Under the pieces are notes generated by a model. That model did no database searches, was not told the DNA's origin, and worked only from the letters and a program-made list of their open reading frames with translations. From contig NC_045711.1 in NCBI RefSeq assembly GCF_009834535.1, forward strand, positions 50,840,001 to 50,904,000: DNA of 64,000 bases, given 5' to 3'. The stretch is from Camelus ferus (lineage: Eukaryota). Numbering within the stretch: the first letter of the stretch is position 1; every line of letters starts with the position of its first letter. Of this stretch, positions 12,199 to 22,700 are shown one piece after another. The position numbers were made by a program, and so were the translations under genes.

Positions 12199-14285
12199 CA
12201 ATTTTTATAAGCTTTTATTTCAATCCTATCAACTGTATACTTTAAATTTTAGTTTTTATTAGGACTTAATAAACACGTTTTGATCTTATAGGAGGAGTCC
12301 TAGAAGCTTTTCTTTCTTTTTTCCCATGTCTATTTTGTCTAATTTTTTATAAAAGGCTCTGGGATCCCCAGAGAGGGTTTGAACCAAGGGACTCTGGCCC
12401 TTTGTCAATCTTTAGACTTGATTAGTTGGTCTAAGTGTTGCTCCAAGTAAATGTTGGTCAGGTATCTCTGTCTAATTCTTTTTCTCTCCAGTTAATCAGC
12501 CTAATTAACATCAGTTATTCTAATGATCTTATTAGCTTCTGTAAGACCCATTGAGGAAAAGGAGAGAACACAAATCATGCCACCCAAATGGGTTTTTCTT
12601 GTCTGTTTTAAACTAAGGGGTATTTTTAGGTTAACTGTATATTTTTTTCACTTTTTAATTTGATTTTTTATAGGTATCAAAGAACAGCCATTTACAATCA
12701 GAGTTCTCTAAAATTTTACCAGTTTAGAAATTTCTTCAGTTTATAGGATTCATCATCTGGCCATCAGTGAGATTTGTATTAATGGTGATTTAAATCAATA
12801 AGGTGAAGAGCCTTCCCTGTAAGAGAGTGAGGAGGATGCTGCCTAAATAAGATTCAGAAAGTTCACTCACCAAAAGTAAAAGCCTTTGTGGTACAGGCTT
12901 ATGTAACGAACGTTAAGATGGCAAAAAGTCTTAGAGTTGATACAATCAAAGGATTGTTTAGAATACCAATCTATTTGCTTGGCTGCCAAATGTACACCAT
13001 ATTAGTACCTTTTGGATGGCAGAGACCAAGTTTTTTGTTTTGTTTTGTTTTTTAACATACACACACAAATACATCTAGACAAACACCCAAAGAGGATCAG
13101 GTAGAACATTTGTATTACAAAGGCACAGGAAGAGAAATGCAAGTTCCTCCTAGAAGGGCCTTTGCTTCTGTAAGATCAGAATTCTAAAAAGATGTTTTTC
13201 TGAAGCTGACTTTTCCATATATGGGAAGAGATCTTGTCATCTGTTAATTATTTATTCTCCATTTTTGTTTCTTTGATCTGAGCTAACCATCCCTGTTCAT
13301 TTTTTTGTATGCAGAAGTGCAAGATATTTTGTTCCAGGACTGACTCACAGAAAATAGAAATAGTTGGAACTGTGGTCTTGGAAAGAAGGGAGATAAGAAA
13401 CAGTTGATATCACAAGTCTGTTGACTAGAGAAAGGCAAAAAAGAGAAAAAAAAAAAAAAAAAGAGATGAGTAGAGTTTCAGATTTGGTGGGCTCCTTCAC
13501 AGCTAGAGGGGTGTTCTCTCCCAAATCTTGAAGGTAGCTTCAGCCACTATCCAAAGAGCTACTTGAATCTACACAACTCAGGATGAGTCCCAGCCACCCA
13601 CTATGGAGGGGAGCCATAGCCCAATAGGCAGATCAAGGTTATGCCCTGTGAGCTCTGTCGCTCTGTGGAGGAGGGAAGAAAGATAGAAGGAGAGAGAAAG
13701 AGAGACAGAGAGAGAAAGAGAGCTGGGTTGGGGGGAGAGGGAGAGAAGGAGAGAGAGAGGAGAGTGAGCCAGTTTGAGGGGGAGGGAAGAGGAAAGAAGA
13801 TGGTGGCCTTACTGATGTCTCCATACCACACCAGGTGCACAGGCGTTATGGGACTTTTCCCCAGGCCCTTTTTGCAGTGGTATGTGGACTTGGCCCAACA
13901 GATCAGAAAGTATACAAAAACAAGTCCTCTGCCCATTGGGATTGATCAGGCCCTAATTCCTTGGCTCTGGTGGGAATCAAACCCATGTATCTACTGAAGA
14001 CCTTCACCTGTGTCCTGTGTCCAGGACTTTGAAAAAGAGAAAAAAAAGAAGATGAGAAACCAAAAATAGAAGTAGGAGGGGACAGGTATAGGGGCCTGCA
14101 AGAAGTACAGAAGACTAGGAGAGCAAATATAGCAGCTGTATGCTTACCTAAGTTGAGTAAGCATCCATGAGTTGCATCAAGACAGAACAAAAAGGACAAA
14201 ATGGAGTCCTAAAGGCAGGCATACTATTCAGTCCAGTCTGCGATGTCCAGTCTCAGGGAACCCCGAGTATTCAGCATTCACAAGT

Positions 14286-14303
14286 GCCCCACATTGGGCG
14301 CCA
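14286..14303 (-). promoter_or_regulatory. Retroviral primer-binding site, tRNA-Lys(CUU)
   Basis: TGGCGCCCAATGTGGGGC is a 17/18 match to TGGCGCCCAACGTGGGGC (complement of the tRNA-Lys1,2 3' end); 2 nt from the LTR CA end; donor TAG|GTAAGC follows at 14148/14147. Confidence 0.88.
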
Positions 14304-14305
14304 TT

Positions 14306-14390
14306 TGTTAGCGGATAGAGAGGGATCTTCCCCAAATTGGAAAGCCCACAAACATGTGGGTCAGCAAGCCTGCCTAATCCTCCTCTCTCA
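14306..14390 (-). mobile_element. 5' LTR of the ERV, internally deleted (85 bp)
   Basis: First ~55 nt match 6552-6605 and last ~31 nt match 7016-7045. Confidence 0.85.
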
Positions 14391-15469
14391 GGAGCAGAGT
14401 GTATAATGATTACAGATTTTATTTCTAGTAAGCCCTTAGCTAACATGTGTCATGTGGTAAGTATTCAATATATTTTCAGTGATTTGAGTCAAATGAATGA
14501 CTCAAACAAGTAATATTCTTAGAATGCCTGCTATCCATTTGTTGGAGATATAAATAGAAAAAGTATTCAAACCCTATGACCAAGAAGTGAGGTCTTTCAA
14601 GGCCTGGGCACTGTGTCAGGATGCTTCCAGATGCTGGTACCATGACCTAAGTTAATCCATCTTGTCACTGTACCATTCTCAGTGTACAGTTAGTGTCTTC
14701 CCTCGTGGTCTCACCATGGCACAAACAGAGCAAGGAAAGAAGCATGACAGCCTTTGCTTAACAAGGAAAGCCTTTCTCTTGAGCTCCCTAGCAGACTGTC
14801 TGGGGTTCAGTCAGTGTTATCCCAGCCAACAGTTCTAATGCAAAGCAGATGTTATGCTAAGGGCATGAGGTAGCCATAGGGCATAAAATAGCTCACGTTT
14901 GTTCAGGGTGATCAGGCAAGTATTTCTGGAGGAGGTGATATCGAGACTTGACCTTGAAGGATTAGCAGGATGGTAACAATGGAATGCAGGGGAAAGGCAT
15001 TCTAAGCTGAACGGCATGAGAAAAGAGGAGGAGGTGGGAACATACAAGAGGAGATGAGTTGATTGGTTTTATAAGAATTATTTTTTTAAGTGCCTTCTAG
15101 GGACTGAGAAGTTTATATTTTTCCCCCCATTTAATTCTTATTGAAAAAATAGAGCTTCCTCTATAGATGGAAATTTATGATTGGGGAAATCCAGGATTGG
15201 AGAGATTAGGTGATGTGTCCAAAATAGGATTTGAGCTCAAGTTTGTCTCCAACATACAGTGATTTCATTCATTCATTCATTGTTTATATTAAACTCTTCT
15301 TCATTATAATTTATTACAGAAGTAATACGTGCACCTTGTAGCAAATAAAAAGGTAAGCAAAGTTAAAAGTGTGGATATTCCATACCTTTCCTAAGCTTAT
15401 ACAAACATGTAGACACATATAAATTTTTTTCACCTCTACCTTTATATATTTTTTTTCAAAAAAATGAAA

Positions 15470-15790
15470 TCATGCTGGACAATTGATGAAATCTGAATAA
15501 GGTCCATAGATTGATAATAGTATTCATCAGTATTAACTTAACTGATTTTTATAACTATCCTATGGTTATAGAAGAGATTTCCTTGTGTTGGGAGGGAAAT
15601 ACTGATGTATATATGGATAAAAGGGTATCATGTCTGCAACACACTCTTAAATAGTTCAAATATATATGTATTTCTGTAGTAAAATGTTAACAGTTCAGAA
15701 ATCTGGCTAAAGGGTATGCAATAATTCTTCCTTCAATTCTTGCAACTTTTTTGTAAGTCTGAAACAATGTCAAAATTTAAACTTTTTAAA
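15470..15790 (+). mobile_element. Old L1 (L1MC/ME-like) 3' fragment
   Basis: TATCATGTCTGCAAC..CTCTTAAATAGTTC and AAATGTTAACA..AATCTGG..AAAGGGTAT motifs; boundaries approximate. Confidence 0.6.
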
Positions 15791-16914
15791 AAATGAGATC
15801 ATGCCAGGCATCTACTCAGTGACTTGCATTTTTTGCTTGAGCATATACAACAAACATTTTTTTTCCAGGTCAATATATATAGTTCTATGTATTCTCTTTA
15901 ATGATTGCATAATGTTCTACAGAAAAGTTCCATTGTATAAATACAGTCTAATTTGTTCAACTACTCTCTTTATGATGGATTTGACTTTAAATGCAATGTT
16001 AATTATATATTAAGGACTCCTGAAAATCTGTATCTGTTTCCAGACTTTCTATTTTGTTTCACTGATACCTGCCCATGATCATGCTAGACTGTTTTTAATT
16101 TTCTTGTAATGTCTAATATCAGGTTGAACAAGAGCCTCATGGCTATTTTTAATTTCATGAAGTTTTCTTGGCAATTCTCATACATTTATCCTCCCATGTT
16201 AGATTTTTTTTCCCTCTTATGCTCATTTTAAGACCATTTTTACCTAGTTCTAAATATAAGACAAAAATCTTGCCGAGATTTCTAATTGCAATTGCTTTAA
16301 ATTTGAAGTTTACCTTGGGACGGACTCATTTATAGCAACATAGTGTATCTCTATACATGTGAAAGCATTTAAAGCAAATCTATGTAAATAAGTAAACTAT
16401 ATAAGCAGAGATCATTTGCATTAAAAAGGTATTTTGGGGCTTCCAATCTTCAAGGGCTCTCTGAGTCTGCCTTTTTTTCAGTCCATCTCTGGCTACCGGA
16501 CAAAGGATGAAGGGGGCCAGCCGTGCTCAGAAAGGCATGGTACCATTCCGCTCTTTCTTACATGTGTCTTTCTGTGGGTCCTTGACACACTTTCCCATTT
16601 TATTATCCCAATTTGACAGAAGGGGAAACAGAAGCTGGGAGAGCTGGAGTGACTTGCCAGGATCACGCTGGACCTAGTAGTGATGCCCAAGGTTTGTCCG
16701 GGGAGGTGCTGCCTCCTGTCCTGGTCCGGATCTTTGGCTTCTCAAGGGCTGTGGTACCAGTGTTCTCTTTGGCAGCTGCTTAAACCACCTTGACATTCAG
16801 GTACAAGGTGGCACTTGGTCTGAGGGGCTGCAGCACAAGGCCAGTATGTTGTTCCTGAGGGAAAACTGCCAACAGACAACAGGCTTCACGTTTTTCTTAA
16901 AACAGCATTTTGTT

Positions 16915-17052
16915 TTGTTTTGTTTTTGGTATGGTGGGGAAGGGTAATTTGGTATTCATTTATTTATTTAGTTAATGGCAGTACTGGGGATTGAATCCAG
17001 AACCTCGTGCATGCTAAGCATGCACTCTACCACTGAGCTCTACCTTCCCCTC
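16915..17052 (-). mobile_element. Camelid-type tRNA-derived SINE
   Basis: Reverse strand reads GGGGAAGGTAGAGCTCAGTGGTAGAGTGCATGCTTAGCATGCACGAGGTTCTGGATTCAATCCCCAG plus A-rich tail. Confidence 0.85.
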
Positions 17053-18859
17053 TCAAGCTTCACTTTCTAATGAAGCTGTGGGTTTCCAGCATCAGGGAAT
17101 TAAAAAATCCTTCTCCAAGTGAAGAGCTGTTGTCAGTTCCTCATTCAGCTGCCCTGCTTCCCTGGGGTGCATCTCTGCCTGTCTGAATCTTATCTGTTCT
17201 TCAAAGCCTAACTTAAATGCCATCTCCTCCACAGAGCCTTTTCTGATTTATTCCTTCCTCCCAGTCTCCTCCTTTCTGCCATGCTGAGTGTGACCCACCT
17301 TCCTCAGAATACACTCATTTATTTCCTGTGATTATCCTTAACTATTTAAATAGTTGATCTCTCTGAGCCTCAATTACTTTCTTTGTAAAACTGAAATAAT
17401 ATCTGCCTTATAAGGTTGCTGTGAGTTAAAAGAAAGACTATATGTAAAGCACAGTCTTAGGCACACAGGATGCTCTTACACATGTTAGTTTGTTGTTATC
17501 ACATTCAAATATACACACATAGATTTTATCTGTATTTGTTAGGGCCCTTATTATCTCTACCTTCTTTAATAATTGCTTGTGTAGGCTCAGGTTGGGGTGG
17601 AGGGTAGGGAAAATAGGGTGTAGTAAAAAGAAACAGGATTTGCAATAAAAAATTGGGGTCTTCCCCTCAACCAGCTACATGACTGAGGTCAAATGACTTC
17701 TCCCTGAGTTTCTTCCTTCATAAAAGATAGATGACAATAACAATGTGCCTCACAGTCTCTTCCTGTACATTATCAAAATAAGAGAATGGATGCTCAAGGG
17801 CTTTAGAGATTGCGAAGTGCTAACATATCGATACTTGATTGCTCTTGTCTATTTCCCAGGAGCCCAGAGCACAGCGCCTTGCTGGGGATGGGAAGGGGTG
17901 CACACAGTGATTTGTTAAATGAGTTAGGCCACTGCACTGACTTCATTTGGTCTTCAGAGTTCCCCTCTGAGATAATCTTTAATATCCCCATTTCAAAGAT
18001 AAGCAAACTGAGACTTAGATTGGGTAAAGTGTTTCATTCGTTCAGCATACCCCTGAATGAGCAACTACCTTGCATCAGACACTGGGGATACAAAGATAAA
18101 ATCTCGGCCATCACAGTCCAGAGTGTAGGAAAGACACATAAAGGTAAGTATAACACAAGATGGATTATGAGTGATAGCTAGTATTTATTGGGAACTTACT
18201 AAGTGTCACACATTGCTGTGAGCTCTTTGTGTCTTACTCATTCAATCCTCTCTGAACTACCAGCCAGGTACCATTATTATGTTTCTCATGTGTCCACAGA
18301 TAAAGTGTGGTGATTACTTAAGGTTTCCATAAACCTCAGCAAAGGTTTCCTCAAGGACTAGGAATTAGCTAGGCAGAGAAGGTGAGTGGGGAAGGCAGGG
18401 CCTCCTGGAGAGGGAAAGGTGTGGAGACCATCTACTGGAAGTCTACACAGGCCAGGGCTTGTCAGGACGCTGCAGGAGCACGCGGGACTTTGTCTAGAAG
18501 AAAGAGTGGTTCACATCCTATAGGTAGCCAGAGGTTTGAAGGGTTTTAAGCAGAAGGGAGTGTTGGCTAGATTTTTAGAAAGATCATCTGGGCAGCTGGG
18601 TGAAGGTGGATAGGAGAAGACAGACTAAAAGTAGTAATCCAGGCGCGAGCTGATGGTCGCCTGAATAAAGGCTGGGACAGAGGAATAAGAGAGAGAGGCA
18701 GTTTTCCGGCTGATGATTTCAGGATTGTTAAACAGAGGACGGAGAGCAATTTTGAAGGGCACCCAGTTTCTGCTCCTAATCCAGGGGAATGGGAGATCAA
18801 ATAAGGTCAGTTTTGGATGCGAGTTCTGGTCTTCTGGCCCCTAGTCTTTTCACCTCCTG

Positions 18860-19700
18860 GTGCTGCCAGCGACAGCTGTCTTCGCGGTCACGGGGGAACG
18901 CGGCTGCTCCGCGGGATACCGGAACTCAGAGCCGTAACCCCACGCCCCTGGCAGTGGCGACAACAGCAGTGCGCTGTCCTGGGCGCCAGAGGGCGCCCCC
19001 GCACACGCTCGGGCCGCTCTGGCCCGGCTCGTCTCAGTGGCCGCGGAAGGTGACGTGGACACGGAAGTGGTCGTCGTCGCGGCGGCACCGGTGGGAGCGG
19101 GGCGCGGAGCTCAGAGTACAGCCGGTGGGCGGACGGGTAGCGGCGGTCTCGCATTTGCGGCGGCAGAGGACGCAAGCGTTGTCGGTTGAGTGCGAGTTCG
19201 CCGAGCCGACGAGCGGCTTCTCAGCCCTTCTCCTGCCAGTCGGAGCCCCGGAGCCGGGACCCGTTCGGCCGGCGTCACCATGACCAAGACCGGTAGCAAG
19301 GGCGGGAACCTCCGCGACAAGCTGGACGGCAATGAGCTAGACCTGAGCCTCAGCGACCTGAATGAGGTCCCAGTCAAGGAGCTGGTCAGTATAGTCCCGC
19401 GAGGCCCAGGCGCCCACCCGCGGTTGGCGCTGGCCCCTGCGTGGGTCTCCTCCTTTTCCTTGCCTCAGTTTCCATAACTTAAAACAAGGTCGGGGGAATG
19501 GGACTAAGCCCTTGGAGAGGCCGCGTCCGGCCCCAGTGTTCTTTCTGGGAAGTACACGTGTCACTTTGGCGCAGTTCCAGAAGATGGGGAGGAGCTGCTT
19601 GTCCGGCCATGGGCTTTTTACGGGTCAGGCGTGATCTGCCCTCATTTCAAGGGCTTTCACCGCGCTCAGCTCTGTGCAGGACCCAAAGTAGGCCCCCACG
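18860..19700. promoter_or_regulatory. CpG island / LRRC59 promoter
   Basis: CpG-dense; ETS/GABP motif CGGAAGT at 19062-19068, ~210 nt upstream of the ATG. Confidence 0.8.
19280..19384 (+). CDS. LRRC59: LRRC59 exon 1
   Basis: GTCACCATG start; MTKTGSK...VKEL; donor GTCAGT. Confidence 0.96.
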
Positions 19701-22700
19701 GAGCAGTTACTGTGTATTCGGAGAATGAATGAAGAAATGAATGAATGACTGTCCAAGAAGGCCTCCAGGTAGACCTGGGTGTGGCCCAGAACCTGGCTTT
19801 TCTAGGAAGCCAGCAATCCCAGGAAGCAATTTAGGAAGCTCACTGCCCCAGCCCTGAGGCGTCCTTCCTTGAAGAATGTGAAATCTCACTGCTTGATTGG
19901 CAAAGTCTCTCCCTAACTGTGAAACAGGTGTGAATCCTGCACCTATCCCTCCATCCACCTACTCCCACACCCGCAACCGGGATACAGGCCTGAGGCCCCA
20001 GGGACATTAGGAGTATGTTGCCAAAGTGGAGTTAGACCCTAAATCCCTCCTTTGCCCACCTGGTCCCGCACCCCCCACAGTAGCCTCACTTTGGATAACC
20101 TGCACTTCCCTCACTGCCTTTAACGAATTACATTTACCTTTGGCACTTGGCCCAGTCTTCCTTTCTTGGTTGTGTAGCATGGAGGTTCGAACAGGATTCC
20201 CAATTCATAAACCAGCTCCATTGCTGATTTATGAATTGGGTGCCCCTGGCCGGCTAGTTAACCTTTATGTCTAGATTTCTTCACTTATAAAATAGTGATG
20301 ATTGTTCCATCTCACAGGGTTGTTGGGAGGATTAGATAAGATTGTAATGTAGACTACTTGGCAGACAAATGCTGAGGCATGTAGCTATTACCAGTGTTCT
20401 TCCCACTGTAAAACCTCAAACTTTTTTAGGTGGTCAAACTTAATTTTGGGGACTTCCTGACCGTTGGAAAGTGCAGGTTGGTCCAGTGTCCTTAACTGAA
20501 TATTTGCTTTCTTCCCCACCCCAGGAAGATGGCCAACCATGTTTCAGCCAGGCCCTAGGACTGCTATTTGAAAACATTTCTCTAGGCATCTGGTCAGCAT
20601 TGCCCCTGGGAGACAGAAGGGTCAGTCTTGCTGAGCCTCTCCAGCCCAAATCCCATGGGGGAAGTAGAGGTGGGCTATGAGGGTCTTGTGTTCACTCTGC
20701 ATTCACTCATTTACTCACTCATTCAGTCATGAATCAGCCAACGGATATATTGAGTGCCTAGAAGGCACTGAATGGGGACTATGGAAATCACAAAGCCATA
20801 TCAGACACAGTCCCTGCCCTAAAACCTAATAAGGAGTGATGCTAGAGAGAACTTAAATGTGCTATGGAGAATTCCTAAGAATCTGTTTTCCTTTCTTGAA
20901 TGTTCCACAGCCAAGTCTCTACTCTTTGCATTCTTCTCTGGGTCGTGGTTGACTGGCTCATTTTTTCTTTCCTGTCTCCAGGAATATTATACTTTAGAGC
21001 TTTTTTTTTTTTTTTTTTTTTTAAGGCCTTTTCTAATTGTGAGAGCTTTCTCCAGAAACTCAGATGTTACTGAATCATTCCATGTGTTGATCTGACATTT
21101 TGTTCCCATTCCCTTTCCTAGGCTGCCCTCCCAAAGGCCACCATCCTGGATCTGTCCTGCAATAAACTGACAACTCTACCGGTAAGACTGGCAAGCAAGC
21201 ACAATTCCTTCTAGAGCCACAGTGCTTCTCTTTCCTGTTTGGGGGAGTTGTGTCAAAGGCATAATTTCAGGATAGACCTGCAGGCAGGCCACCACTAGAT
21301 TGGAGTGAGTTGGGGTTAGAGGGAGGTGGTTTGTCTTAGTGGGAGGGGAAGAAAGGCCTCATTCTTTAGAACATTGGGAAAGCCAGGTCCCAGAAAACTA
21401 AAGTCAGCAGGATGCTGGCTTAGACACTTATTGGTCTCATCTTTTTTTCTGCCTATTTTATTCCTTTGAAAAATAATTTATCTCCCTATTACAATAGAGG
21501 AGGCTAAAGACCATTTTTTAAGTTGCTCTGTATTCCAGAGAGAAAGCTGTTTCTGAACAGCCTCCTTGTGCATCTTCTGATGGAGTATGGGAAAAAGCAT
21601 GGTTTTGCGGGACTGCCATATCATTATCCTCCCAGTACTTGAATTATTTAAGATACGTTTTGTTTAGCATGTCCGATCTAGTCCTTTTGATTTTTCTTTT
21701 GCGACTTCTCCCAGTTCTCCTTTTGCTTCAGCTGTGATAACACAGGAATCATTCAGTCCCTCAGCCTCTCTGGGCAATGGCTGGTCTCTCCGTGGCAGTG
21801 CTCCTTCACTGTCAGGCCTAAGTTTGTTGTCCTTGTTGCCTTTTCCATCCATTAGTCTGGCCTCATCACTCCTTGCCATACTCTGTTGGGCTCTGGCTCA
21901 GGGATCAAATCTCAGAAGTTGGCGGTTTCTTCATTGGCTCATTAGTTCATTTCTGTCTCAACATTCTTCTGAGCCTCACTTATTGTTTATAGCATCTTCC
22001 TGCAGCTCATCAAGAACCATTTGTAGGGGGAGAAGGTATAGCTCAGTGGTAGAGTGCATGCCATGCCTAGCATGCATAAGGTCTTGGGTTCAATCCCTAG
22101 CACCACCACTAAAAAAATAAATACACCTAATTACCTCCCCTCCTGAAAAACAAAACAAAAAAGCAAAAACAAAAGAACCATTTTCCATTTCTTGGGAAAA
22201 AGCATCTGAGATCCCACTTTTTCCAGGAAGTATTTTGTCTCCAGTTAAAGACGGGTAGCAGTTCCTTGCAGCCTGACCCTGACCCCTGCTATACACTTTG
22301 TCAGATTGTCACTGGACACCCCTAAGTGCACTTTTCAGTCTGAGTGTTCAGTTGTCTTGCCTTCCTCTGCAGTGCAGATCCACAGGCCCCCAGAGAACAC
22401 ACATAGCGCTTCATTAGCTGAGGTTGGAGCATCACTGCAGATGGGTGCTGAGCAAAGGCTTAATGACAAAAGGGATGTTTTGAACTGTGCTAAAGAAGAG
22501 CCAGGATATAGGTGGGATGGGCCCAGTCAGTCAAAGACCACTCCTTGAGTTTTGCGGGACTACCATATCATAGGTGCTCCAAAAAATAAAGGAAGAATAA
22601 CACTGGGAACTCAAAGGGCGCTTGATCTTCTGGGGAAAGTGGATGGTAGCACCATGTTTTGACAGCTTCCACGGAAGGTGAATGTAGGGTGCTGTGGGAG

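Larger units (their letters stand above)
6552..14390 (-). mobile_element. Decayed endogenous retrovirus (LTR-internal-LTR), probably non-autonomous class I/ERV1-like
   Basis: Two homologous TG...CA termini (6552-7045 and 14306-14390); PBS 14286-14303; env TM remnant 7100-7560; near-identical flanking 5-mers GGAGG (6547-6551) and GGAGC (14391-14395); AT-rich interior without long ORFs. Confidence 0.88.

Noticed and set aside
12300-13300. Possible gag matrix remnant (WPDDESYKLKK) in the ERV
   Set aside because: Too degenerate to call; no MHR, zinc knuckle, protease or RT (YxDD) motif recognised by eye
22023-22110. tRNA-like sequences with A and B boxes (also 16960-17050 and 28799-28870)
   Set aside because: No acceptor stem or full cloverleaf; poly(A) tails and TSDs mark them as SINEs
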